Positions 39,073-48,329 of a DNA stretch of 64,000 nucleotides are shown piece after piece (position 1 is the stretch's first letter; each line of letters opens with the position of its first letter). The stretch spans positions 288,001 to 352,000 of the forward strand of contig CBDBCF010000001.1 of assembly GCA_965202985.1 (NCBI GenBank), in the 5' to 3' direction. Under the pieces are notes generated by a model. The model was not told where the DNA came from. It made no database searches and was given only the letters and a program-made list of their open reading frames with translations. A program made the position numbers and the translations under genes. The stretch comes from Longimicrobiales bacterium. Lineage in GTDB: Bacteria > Gemmatimonadota > Gemmatimonadetes > Longimicrobiales > Gaopeijiaceae.

Positions 39073-39722
39073 CGGTTTGCCTCCGTTTGGGATGAGATTG
39101 AACTTCGAAGCCGCGTGCTGCGACTACGTGCCATAGATGCGTTCCAACCCGGCCAACGGGGTGTCGAAATCGGCAACGGCACCGCTCGCGCAGCATCGAC
39201 TGCGACGGTCGACGGAGCTGGCACGAATTTGTCGCTCAGCGGATCCACTCGTCTTCCCAGAGTCCAGCCGCGAACCGCGTCCGCGTCCGCATACTTCAGC
39301 GCGATGGCTCCAATGGTCGTGAGTTGGTCGTCAGTTCTGTAGCGCAATGTCGCAAGCGGAACCATCGGCGCTGAGAGCGTGTGGAGTTCAGCCGCCGTCG
39401 TTTTGGCGTAGGCGATCACCGGACTTTCGGGGCACACCCGGCGGAACCAACGCACGGGGTCGTGAGAAGAGTCGCTCGACGGCACGGTCGGGTCAACGAA
39501 CGCCGGCGAACCCGGGAACCTCGTGGACAGATCCCGAAGGTGGTCCCAACCGGAGGCAACACGCACCCCGCCCAGGACCCGATGTGCTCCGCCGGTCCGC
39601 AGCCCCATGTGTACGCGGGCTCGCAACCTGGAGCTGTGCGTGAGTACCAATGCAGGTGGCCTCAACGGGGCACCCTCGGTCGCTCGCAAGGCTGGGGACG
39701 GCGAAGTATGCGTACCCATCAC
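39018..39722 (-). CDS. Hypothetical protein, possibly truncated receiver-like regulator
   Basis: Coupled to the sigma factor stop (GTGA). An alpha/beta pattern (AFVDP, PVIAY) is followed by a tail that overlaps the next gene by 55 bp. Confidence 0.35.
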   Translation of the reverse strand: MMGTHTSPSPALRATEGAPLRPPALVLTHSSRLRARVHMGLRTGGAHRVLGGVRVASGWDHLRDLSTRFPGSPAFVDPTVPSSDSSHDPVRWFRRVCPESPVIAYAKTTAAELHTLSAPMVPLATLRYRTDDQLTTIGAIALKYADADAVRGWTLGRRVDPLSDKFVPAPSTVAVDAARAVPLPISTPRWPGWNASMARSRSTRLRSSISSQTEANRWPASPTTSGTWRALSLE

Positions 39723-40378
39723 GTGGCGTCCAGCGCTGCTTCGGCGAGTTCTTCCATCCCGGCCAACCCATCGAGCCCGTGACGTGCCAGCACGGCGGCC
39801 GCGCGAACAGCGATCCCCATGGCCTGGGCAACCTCCCTTGGGCTCCGCCCCTCACCGTACCGGGCCAAGACCGCCTCGCGTTCCCGCTCGTCCAGCCGCG
39901 CCAACGCCTTGCGCACTACCGCGGCCCGCAAACGGCGCTCCATGGCTTCGTGCAGATCAGGGACCGGGTCCGCAAGGTCCTCGCAGTCTTCAAGGGCCAC
40001 CATCTGGGCATCGCCCGACTGCCGGACCTGTTCCCGGCACACGTTCGTGCAGACGCTCCAGGTCCAGGCCAGCAGCGAGCCCCTGCCGGAGAAGGCAGTC
40101 CGCTTCTCCCAGACACGGATCATCGTCAGTTGCGCCAAGTCGTCGGCGTCGTCCGCGTCCCTGGCCCAGCGCCGCGTCACGGCCTCGAGGCTGGGACGCA
40201 ACCGTCGGTCCACCTCGGCGAAGAGCGCTTTGTCCCCATCGTGAAAGAGCCGGAGGTCGAACTCAAGGCCCGGCGCGACGCACCCGAACGGGACCAGGAC
40301 CGGCGCCGGGGCGTTCGCGGAAGGGCGGGCGCTCTCGGCAGCGGGTGCGTCCATACGGGGGGAGGCGGGCGTGTTCAT
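39719..40378 (-). CDS. ECF-type sigma-70 factor
   Basis: Region 2 DADDLAQ...RVW...F.GRGS..AW...V.TN; region 4 LARLDEREREAV...EGRSPREVA..MG. Confidence 0.85.
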   Translation of the reverse strand: MNTPASPRMDAPAAESARPSANAPAPVLVPFGCVAPGLEFDLRLFHDGDKALFAEVDRRLRPSLEAVTRRWARDADDADDLAQLTMIRVWEKRTAFSGRGSLLAWTWSVCTNVCREQVRQSGDAQMVALEDCEDLADPVPDLHEAMERRLRAAVVRKALARLDEREREAVLARYGEGRSPREVAQAMGIAVRAAAVLARHGLDGLAGMEELAEAALDAT

Positions 40379-40550
40379 GCAGGTGGATACTCCAGGACGC
40401 CCGAAAAAGTTCCCACGGCCCTCGGCCGCTCCGTAGATTGGCCGGCACGGCGCCCGGGCCTTACCGTTCAGCCCACCGTCTCCGCCGGCCCCCCGCGACC
40501 CGGTCGGTCCACGCCACCCCCAGCCTCCACCAGGAAGGCGGACGCCCCTC

Positions 40551-43500
40551 GTGTCCTTCGTTCACCTGCACACCCACTCCGAGTACTCGCTGCTGGACGG
40601 GGCCAACCGCCTGTCCGGTCTGATCCGCAGGGCCAAGGAGTTCGAAATGCCGGGGCTGGCCCTGACGGACCACGGCTGCATGTACGGCGCCTGGACGTTC
40701 CAGAAGCTGGCGCAGAAGGAGGGGATCAAGCCGATCGTCGGCATGGAAGCGTACGTGGCGCCCAACGACCGCCGGGAGCGGGCCAAGTCCGGCCAGGGGG
40801 GCAAGTCCGCATACCACCTGGTGCTGCTGGCGCGGGACGCCGAGGGCTACCGGAACCTGGTCAAGCTGTCGTCGATCGGGTACACGGAGGGCTTCTACTA
40901 CCACCCGCGCGTGGACCGCGAGACGCTGGCCCGCCACTCGGAGGGGCTCGTGGTGACCTCCGCGTGCATGGCCGGCGAGCTGGCCCGCCACATGGCCGCC
41001 GGCAACGACGAAGCCGCGCGCGAGACCGCCGAGTGGTACGCCAACGCCTTCCCGGACCGGTACTACTTGGAGGTGCAGGCCCACGGCACGCCGGGCCAGG
41101 CCGAACTCAACCAGCAGGTCTTCGCGCTTGCCGCCGAACTGGGCCTGCCCGTGGTCGCCACCAACGACGCCCACTTCCTGCGCAAGGACCATCACGGCGC
41201 GCACGACATCCTGGTATGCATCGGCACCGCCAAGAACCACGACGACGACAACCGCCTGATCTACGACGACGGCCTCTACTTCAAGAACCCCGAAGAGATG
41301 GCGGCGGCGTTCCCCGACCATCCCGAGGCGATCGAGAACACCTTGAAGATCGCGGACGAGGTGTCGCTCTCGCTGGAGAAGAAGTACCACCTGCCCAGCT
41401 TTCCCTTGCCCGTCGGCTTCGCCGAAGACGACGCCTACCTGGTGCACTTGGCCGAAGAGGGCGCTCGCGAGCGCTACTGCGGCGCGAACGCCGCCGAGGG
41501 GTCGTCGGCTGGGGCCGAAGGCGCGCTGGCCGATGCAGAAGGTGCGACCGCCGATTCGGAGGGCACGCCGGCCGAGCAAGCCCCCGCGCTCCCCCCCGAA
41601 GTCGCCGCCCGCCTCAAGTACGAGCTGGACGTGATCCTGAAGACGGGCTACGCGGGGTACTTTCTCATCACCTGGGACTTCATCCGCTGGGCGCGCGAGA
41701 ACGGCATCCCCGTCGGGCCGGGCCGGGGGTCCGCCGCCGGTTCGCTCGTGTCGTACGCGCTGGGGATCACCAACCTGGACCCGCTGGCCCACGGCCTGCT
41801 CTTCGAGCGCTTCCTGAACCCGGAGCGCATCTCGATGCCGGACATCGACATCGACTTCTGCTACGAGCGCCGGGGCGAAGTGATCGAGTACGTGCGCCGG
41901 AAGTACGGTCGGGACGCGGTGGGCCAGATCGTGACGTTCGGCACCATGAAGAGCCGCGCTGCGATCCGCGACGTGGGGCGCGTGCTGGGCTTCGAGGTCG
42001 CCGAGATGGACCGCGTCGCCAAGATGATCCCCAACCAGCCGGGCAAGGCGTACACGCTTGAAGAGGCCGTCAAGGAGATCCGCGACGTGAAGAGCCTCTA
42101 CGAGTCCGAGGAGCGCTACCGGCAGCTGTTCGACTACTCGATGACGCTGGAGGGGCTGTCGCGTCACGCTTCGGTCCACGCCGCCGGAGTGGTGATCGCG
42201 CCGGGGCCGCTGGACGACTACGTGCCCGTGTGCACCCAGGCCAAGGGCGGACGGAACGGCAGCCCCGCGGCGGGAGAAGCGCCGGGCGCGGACGGGCCGG
42301 ATGTGGTCACGCAGTACGACATGAGCTGCCTGGAAGACGCCGGGATGCTCAAGATGGATTTCTTGGGCCTGAAGACGCTGACCGTGGTTTACGACGCTGT
42401 GCAAGCCGTCAAGGAACGCCTGGGCGAGTTCCGACATCCGGACACGGGCGCGCTCTACCGGTCGGACACCATGGACGATGTGCCCTTGGACGACCCGAAG
42501 GTCTACGAGATGCTGGCCTCGGGCGGCACCTCGGGCGTCTTCCAGTTCGAGTCGAACTTGGCCTTGGACAAGCTTCGGGCCATGCGCTGCGACCGCTTCG
42601 ACGACCTGGTGGCCACGAACGCACTGATCCGGCCCGGACCGCTGGATTCGGGGATGACCGACCGCTACATCCGGCGCAAGCTGGGCGACGAACCCGTCTC
42701 CTACCCCGCCCCCGGACTGGACGACGTGCTGTCGCCCACCTACGGGATCATCGTGTACCAGGAGCAGGTCATGCGCATCGCCAGCGACCTGGCCGGCTAC
42801 TCGCTGGGCGAAGCCGACGTGCTGCGGAAGGCGATGGGCAAGAAGGACAAGAAGCTGATCCAGGCCGAGCTGGACCGCTTCAAGTCGCGTGCGCAGGAGC
42901 GGGGATTGGACGCCGCCACGGCGGGCCGGCTGGCCGGGCAGATCGAGACGTTCGGGCGCTACGGCTTCAACAAGTCGCACTCCGCCGCGTACTCGCTGCT
43001 TTCCTATCAGACGGCGTGGCTCAAGCGCCGCTATCCGGCCGAGTTCATGGCGGCGCTGCTGTCTTCCGTGCTGGACAAGACCGACGACGTGGTCAAGTAC
43101 ATGGGCGAGTGCCGGGAGATGGGCCGCTACGTGCCCGGCCTGGACGACGGCTTGGAGGTGCTGCCGCCGGACATCAACCAGTGCGGCTGGAAGTTCACCG
43201 TGGTCGGCGCCCGAACGATCCGCTTCGGCTTGGGGGCAGTGCGGGGCGTGGGGAGCGCGGCGGTGCAGTCGGTGCTGGAAGCGCGCAAGGAGGGCGGCCC
43301 GTTCGCCAGCCTGTTCGATCTGCTGGAGCGTACCGACGTCCGGGCGCTCAACAAGCGGGCGTGCGAGGCGCTGATCGCGTCGGGGGCGCTGGATTCGCTT
43401 GGGCACAGGGCGCAGCTGGCCGCGGGGCTGGACGCCGCCTTCGCCGAGGCCCAGGCACGCATGGAAGAGGCCGAGGCCGGCCAGGGATCGCTGTTCGGCG

Positions 43501-44219
43501 GGGCGGGCGAAGAGGCGCCCCCGCGGCCCGTGCCCGCGTTGCCTACGGTGCCCGAGTGGGGCGACCGCGAGCGCTTGGCGCGCGAGAAGGAGGCGCTGGG
43601 GTTCTTCATCTCCGGGCACCCGTTGGACCGCTATCGCGCGGTGGTGCGGCTCTTCGACGAAGCCGGCGCGGAAGCCCTCAAGAACCGGCCGGGCCAGACC
43701 GTGGAGCTGGCGTGCGTGGTGACCGCCGTGGCCCGGCAAGTGTCCCGTCGCGACGGCTCCGAGTGGGCCAAGATCACCGTGGAGGGCTACCGCGGCACGG
43801 CCACCGTCCTGGCGTTCCGCGAAGCGTGGCAGTCCCACAGGGACATTCTCGCGCCCGACTCCGTCGTGCTCCTTCGGGGCAAGGTGAGCGACAGGGAACG
43901 CGACGAAGAGGCCCCGCCCGTCTTCCTGGACGGCGCCGAGCCGTTGAAGAACGTGCCCGGCGGCGGACGCTTGGCGTTGCGGATCGCGCTGGAGTGGGAC
44001 GCTGACCTGCCGGAAGAAGCCTTCGCCCAGGCCCGAAGCATCTTGTCCGACAGCGCGGGAAGCGCCCCCGTGGAGGTCGTGGTCGGCAGAGGAAACGGCG
44101 CCGGTGGCGCGCAACCCCGGCTCCGGTCGCGCACGTTGAAGGCGGCGGCGGACCGGGAAACGTTGCGGGCGCTGGAAGCCGTGTTCGGCAAGGGCGCGGT
44201 GGAGGTGGTGCGGGCCTAG
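40551..44219 (+). CDS. dnaE: DNA polymerase III alpha subunit
   Basis: FVHLHTHSEYSLLDG, GPGRGSAAGS, PDIDIDF, LKMDFLGL, YGFNKSH. Confidence 0.98.
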   Translation: MSFVHLHTHSEYSLLDGANRLSGLIRRAKEFEMPGLALTDHGCMYGAWTFQKLAQKEGIKPIVGMEAYVAPNDRRERAKSGQGGKSAYHLVLLARDAEGYRNLVKLSSIGYTEGFYYHPRVDRETLARHSEGLVVTSACMAGELARHMAAGNDEAARETAEWYANAFPDRYYLEVQAHGTPGQAELNQQVFALAAELGLPVVATNDAHFLRKDHHGAHDILVCIGTAKNHDDDNRLIYDDGLYFKNPEEMAAAFPDHPEAIENTLKIADEVSLSLEKKYHLPSFPLPVGFAEDDAYLVHLAEEGARERYCGANAAEGSSAGAEGALADAEGATADSEGTPAEQAPALPPEVAARLKYELDVILKTGYAGYFLITWDFIRWARENGIPVGPGRGSAAGSLVSYALGITNLDPLAHGLLFERFLNPERISMPDIDIDFCYERRGEVIEYVRRKYGRDAVGQIVTFGTMKSRAAIRDVGRVLGFEVAEMDRVAKMIPNQPGKAYTLEEAVKEIRDVKSLYESEERYRQLFDYSMTLEGLSRHASVHAAGVVIAPGPLDDYVPVCTQAKGGRNGSPAAGEAPGADGPDVVTQYDMSCLEDAGMLKMDFLGLKTLTVVYDAVQAVKERLGEFRHPDTGALYRSDTMDDVPLDDPKVYEMLASGGTSGVFQFESNLALDKLRAMRCDRFDDLVATNALIRPGPLDSGMTDRYIRRKLGDEPVSYPAPGLDDVLSPTYGIIVYQEQVMRIASDLAGYSLGEADVLRKAMGKKDKKLIQAELDRFKSRAQERGLDAATAGRLAGQIETFGRYGFNKSHSAAYSLLSYQTAWLKRRYPAEFMAALLSSVLDKTDDVVKYMGECREMGRYVPGLDDGLEVLPPDINQCGWKFTVVGARTIRFGLGAVRGVGSAAVQSVLEARKEGGPFASLFDLLERTDVRALNKRACEALIASGALDSLGHRAQLAAGLDAAFAEAQARMEEAEAGQGSLFGGAGEEAPPRPVPALPTVPEWGDRERLAREKEALGFFISGHPLDRYRAVVRLFDEAGAEALKNRPGQTVELACVVTAVARQVSRRDGSEWAKITVEGYRGTATVLAFREAWQSHRDILAPDSVVLLRGKVSDRERDEEAPPVFLDGAEPLKNVPGGGRLALRIALEWDADLPEEAFAQARSILSDSAGSAPVEVVVGRGNGAGGAQPRLRSRTLKAAADRETLRALEAVFGKGAVEVVRA
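41493..41576 (+). repeat. 4 x 21-bp degenerate in-frame repeat within dnaE
   Basis: AEGSSAG/AEGALAD/AEGATAD/SEGTPAE. Confidence 0.8.
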
Positions 44220-44307
44220 CGCCGGCTAGACGGGGATCGCCGGACTGCGACCTTGCGGCGGCGACCCCCGAGATCAGTCCCAACGAGACCAGAAGGAGGA
44301 AGACGAC

Positions 44308-45816
44308 GTGAGAGACGCGATTGTGTTGTCGGCGGCGGTGCTTGCGCTGGCGTCCTGGGTGGGCGCAGGAGCCGACGCACAGGAGGCGCAGGGCCGTTCG
44401 CCCGAGCCCAGCCCGTTCGTCGGGCAGTGGGCGGGGGCCATCGAGGTGCCTGGCGCGGGCGTCACGCTCCGGCTGCGCTTCCACGTGACCGAGGCGGACG
44501 ACGGCGGGCTGGAGGCCGTCATGATCTCCGTGGACCAGGGGAACGCCCGGGTTCCCTTCGAGACGGTGGAGGCGGCGGGCCGGGACTTGACCATGTCCAT
44601 TTCGGCGTTGGCGGTGTCGTTCGAGGGCGTTCTGTCGGAGGACGGCGACACCATCGAAGGCACCTTCACGCAGGCGGGGAACGCGCTGCCGCTGGTGTTG
44701 GAGCGGAGCACGGAGGCCGAAGGCGAAGAGGCGGCCCGGCGGCCCCAGGACCCCGAGGAGCCGCTTCCCTACCACGCGGAAGACGTGTCCTACCCCAACC
44801 CGGACGAAGGCCACGTGCTGGCGGGCACGTTCACCCGGCCGCCCGGCGACGGTCCGTTCCCGGCGGTGCTTCTCGTCTCCGGTTCGGGTCCCCAGGACCG
44901 AGACGAGGCCCTGTTGGGGCACCGGCCCTTTCTGGTGTTGTCGGACCATCTGACGCGCAGCGGCTTGGCGGTGCTGCGCTTCGACGACCGAGGCGTGGGC
45001 GAGTCCGGGGGCGACTTCGCCTCCGCCACGTCCGCCGACTTCGCCTCCGACGCGCTGGCGGGCGTTGCCTACTTGAGGACCCGCGCCGACGTGGACGCCG
45101 GCAGGATCGGCCTAGCGGGCCACTCGGAGGGCGGACTGGTCGCGCCGATGGCGGCCGTCCGGTCGCCCGACGTGGCGTTCATCGTCCTCATGGCCGGGCC
45201 GGGCGTCACCGGAGAGCGCATCCTCTACGCCCAGGGCGCGCTCATCGCTCGGGCGTCCGGCGCGTCCGAAGAAGCCATTGCCAAGAACCTGGAACGACAG
45301 CGCGCGATCTTCGACGTCTTGAAGTCGGAGCCGGACACGGTGGCGGCCGCCCGCCGAATCGAGGCGCTGGTCCTGGCCGGGCTAGAAGAGGCCACCGAAG
45401 AGGAGCGCAACCAGGCCGGAGTCGACAAGGACGCTTCGTTGGAAGAGGTGGCGGCCGCCCAGGCCGCCCAGGTGAATACGCCCTGGTTCCGCTACTTTCT
45501 GGTGCACGACCCGGCCCCGGTGCTGGAGCAGGTCGCCGTGCCCGTGCTGGCCGTCAACGGCGAGAAGGACCTGCAAGTCCCGTACGAAGAGAACCTGCGC
45601 GAGATCGAAGCGGCCCTGAAGCGCGGCGGCAACACGCGCTGGGAGGTTCACGCGCTACCGGACCACAACCACCTCTTCCAGCGCGCCGAAACCGGCGCCC
45701 CCAGCGAGTACCAAGGCATCGACGAAACCTGGTCGGTCGAGTCGATGGAGCTGATCGCCCAGTGGATCTTGAAGACGGTCGCAACCGAACGGCGGGTGCC
45801 GAACAAGGCGAAATAG
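44308..45816 (+). CDS. Secreted alpha/beta hydrolase
   Basis: Signal peptide, SGSGPQDRDE, nucleophile GHSEG, GEKDLQV, NHLFQ. Confidence 0.92.
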   Translation: MRDAIVLSAAVLALASWVGAGADAQEAQGRSPEPSPFVGQWAGAIEVPGAGVTLRLRFHVTEADDGGLEAVMISVDQGNARVPFETVEAAGRDLTMSISALAVSFEGVLSEDGDTIEGTFTQAGNALPLVLERSTEAEGEEAARRPQDPEEPLPYHAEDVSYPNPDEGHVLAGTFTRPPGDGPFPAVLLVSGSGPQDRDEALLGHRPFLVLSDHLTRSGLAVLRFDDRGVGESGGDFASATSADFASDALAGVAYLRTRADVDAGRIGLAGHSEGGLVAPMAAVRSPDVAFIVLMAGPGVTGERILYAQGALIARASGASEEAIAKNLERQRAIFDVLKSEPDTVAAARRIEALVLAGLEEATEEERNQAGVDKDASLEEVAAAQAAQVNTPWFRYFLVHDPAPVLEQVAVPVLAVNGEKDLQVPYEENLREIEAALKRGGNTRWEVHALPDHNHLFQRAETGAPSEYQGIDETWSVESMELIAQWILKTVATERRVPNKAK

Positions 45817-45866
45817 TAACCGCGTAGGCCGAACGAGGACCAGATAGGCCACGGGCTTTGTCCCCG

Positions 45867-45907
45867 TTGACAAATTGTGGTACGAATTTGTCAAAGAATC
45901 TGTCAAC
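45867..45907. repeat. AT-rich perfect inverted repeat TTGACAAATT-N8-AATTTGTCAA plus a third arm (AATCTGTCAAC)
   Basis: Arms at 45867-45876, 45885-45894 and 45897-45907. Confidence 0.85.
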
Positions 45908-47708
45908 GCGAGTAGCGCACCACCCCGCCTACGATCGTCAAGTCCACTTGTGCGTCCGGCAGCTCCGCGTCGGCAACTTGAAGGATGTCGCGGTCGAGCA
46001 CCACGATGTCGGCCAGCTTGCCGGTCTCGATCGATCCCTTGTGCTCCTCCTCGAAGGCGGCGAAGGCGTTGTTGACGGTGTAGCTGCGAAGCGCCTCCAT
46101 CCGCGTCATGCGTTGCGCGGGGAAGAAGTCGTCTCCGGCGGCCGTCTTGCGCACCACCGACGCGTAGAAGCTGGCCAAGGGATCGATGTCTTCGACCGGC
46201 ACGTCGGTTCCGTTGTTGACGACGACGCCCGCGTCGATGAACGCCCGCCACAGGTAGGCCCCCGACTCGGCGCGCTCGACGCCCAGGCGACGATAGACCC
46301 ACGGCGCGTCCGAAGTGGCGTGCACGCCCTGCATGGAAGCGATCACGCCCAGTTCGGCGAAGCGGGCCACGTCCGACGGATGCACGTGCTGGGCATGCTC
46401 GATCCGCCAGCGCAAGCCGGCGCCCTCCACGCCCGCCGAGTCGAATACGGACTGGTAGATGTCGAGCACTTCCCGGTTGGCGCGATCGCCGATGGCATGC
46501 GTGTTGACCTGGTAGCCGTGCTTGACGGCGACGTGAGCCGTACCCGCAATGTCTTCCACCGTCTCCAGCACAAGGCCGGTGGACGACGGCATGTCTTCGT
46601 AGGGCTCCAGCAGCCAAGCGCCGTGCGAGCCCAACGCGCCGTCGATCTGCCGCTTGATCGATCGCACGGTCAGATAGTCGTCGCCCTCGGAGGGCATGTA
46701 GTACTCCGGCAGGCGGGCGTCCATCTCCTCGTTGGACCGGCCTCTGACCATGACGTAGAGCCGCACCGGCAGGACGCCTTCGGCCTCCAGCTCCTTGAAG
46801 CGGTCGATCGTGGCGAACCCTGCGCCGGCGTCCTGAAACGACGTGACGCCCTTCGACAGCGCCTCTTCCGCGGCCAGCGCCGCCTCTCGCCGAAACGCCG
46901 CGTCGATCTCCTCGGGGGAGCGCCCGGACTGGGCCTCCGCAAAGGCGGCCGCCACGGGTCGCTCGGCCGTCTCGCGAAGAAGTCCGGTCAGGGCGCCCTC
47001 GGCGTCGCGAACCAGCTCGCCTCCGGGGGGCGGCTCGGAGTCGCGGTCGTAGCCGGCAAGCTCCATCGCAAGCGCATTGGCGAAGCCGGCGTGACCCGAC
47101 GCGTGGCCCAAGAGCACCGGGTTGTCGGGGCTGATCGCCGACAGCGAGGCGTGAACCGGCCCGCCTTCGACCATTGGATCGGGCGGGCGATCCCACTTCT
47201 CCTGATGCCAGCCCCGGCCGCGAATCCACTCGCCGGGTTCGGCGCTCGCCACCGCCTCGGCCACCATGGCCACGATCGCGGCCCAGTTGGGCGCGTCGTT
47301 CAAGTCCAGGATCGTCTTGGCGTTGCCCAAGCTCATGTAGTGGCCGTGCCCCTCGATGAAGCCGGGAACGACCAGGCGTCCGTCGAGCTCAATCACCTCC
47401 GTGTCCGGCCCGATCAACGCCGCCACATCCTCGTCGACGCCCACCGCGGCGATCCATGCGCCCCGCACTGCCACCGCTTCGACGACGGCGTTGTCGGCGT
47501 CCACCGTGGCCACGCGCCCGCCGCGCAGGACCAGGTCGGCGGGTTCCGGGTTGTCGCCGGCGTCGGCGCACGCCGCCAATAGCGGAAGGAGCGCCGCGGC
47601 CGCCCCCGCCAACCCGAGCCCGTGCTTGGTCAACGGTTTCGTGCTTGTCCGCTCGACGCGTGCAACTGCGGGTCGCCGCACGTCCACTGTCAGCATTTCC
47701 ATGCCCAC
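45903..47708 (-). CDS. Amidohydrolase family 3 (YtcJ-like) lipoprotein
   Basis: Lipobox LAAC, PGFIEGHGH, DGALGS, HAIGDRAN, RIEHAQ, GTD, GKLAD. Confidence 0.92.
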   Translation of the reverse strand: MGMEMLTVDVRRPAVARVERTSTKPLTKHGLGLAGAAAALLPLLAACADAGDNPEPADLVLRGGRVATVDADNAVVEAVAVRGAWIAAVGVDEDVAALIGPDTEVIELDGRLVVPGFIEGHGHYMSLGNAKTILDLNDAPNWAAIVAMVAEAVASAEPGEWIRGRGWHQEKWDRPPDPMVEGGPVHASLSAISPDNPVLLGHASGHAGFANALAMELAGYDRDSEPPPGGELVRDAEGALTGLLRETAERPVAAAFAEAQSGRSPEEIDAAFRREAALAAEEALSKGVTSFQDAGAGFATIDRFKELEAEGVLPVRLYVMVRGRSNEEMDARLPEYYMPSEGDDYLTVRSIKRQIDGALGSHGAWLLEPYEDMPSSTGLVLETVEDIAGTAHVAVKHGYQVNTHAIGDRANREVLDIYQSVFDSAGVEGAGLRWRIEHAQHVHPSDVARFAELGVIASMQGVHATSDAPWVYRRLGVERAESGAYLWRAFIDAGVVVNNGTDVPVEDIDPLASFYASVVRKTAAGDDFFPAQRMTRMEALRSYTVNNAFAAFEEEHKGSIETGKLADIVVLDRDILQVADAELPDAQVDLTIVGGVVRYSR

Positions 47709-47718
47709 TCCATCCCTG

Positions 47719-48027
47719 TCACTCTGTCTGCGCCTGGGCGTCCGGCGCGGCGGCAGTGCGCTCGAGAAGGACGGCGACAGACTCGCTCAGCCCACGGAGC
47801 ACGGCGTCGCGCTGCCGGCCCGCTTCCATGAGTTCGCCGATCCGCCGGTCCAGGCGTTGCTCCACTCGATCGATTCGTTCCTCCACTCGGCTGATCCGCG
47901 CCTCCATCCGCATCTCCAATCTGTCCATCTGCGTGCCAAGCACCGTCCAGAAGACCCAGAAAGCCGCCGCCAGCGCCGTCGCGGTTCCCGCCACCGCCGG
48001 CCACCGTTCCACCAACCACGTTCGCAC
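47719..48027 (-). CDS. Small protein with one TM helix and a coiled coil
   Basis: GAGGAGG RBS; heptad pattern MDRLE/ISRVEE/IDRVEQ. Confidence 0.7.
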   Translation of the reverse strand: MRTWLVERWPAVAGTATALAAAFWVFWTVLGTQMDRLEMRMEARISRVEERIDRVEQRLDRRIGELMEAGRQRDAVLRGLSESVAVLLERTAAAPDAQAQTE

Positions 48028-48239
48028 TAGTGCCGCCTCCTCTCGCGTGTGTGCTGCTTGCCTGACTTGCCCGGCGATGATCCTCGTCCGGGCCGAGCGT
48101 GCACGTTACATCGGGGAACGGGCGACGTCAAGGAACTCGCCCTGGGCCACTGGAGAGAGCAGCGAGGTACCCAGGTTGCCGACAGCCGGCCCAACGAGCG
48201 CCAGAAACAGCCACCCGACCCGCGCCTCTCGACGGCACG

Positions 48240-48268
48240 TTGACGGCCGAACGCTCTCAAGCGATACT
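48240..48268 (+). promoter_or_regulatory. Putative sigma-70 promoter of the NTPase cassette
   Basis: TTGACG-17 bp-GATACT, about 60 bp upstream of the ATG at 48330. Confidence 0.55.
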
Positions 48269-48329
48269 GAAGGATCGTCCGGCGACCACCCCAGAGTCGC
48301 GAAAGCCGCATGCTCTAACCTTCGGCGTC

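Noticed and set aside
40461..44114. 1217-aa ORF on -
   Set aside because: Antisense shadow of dnaE
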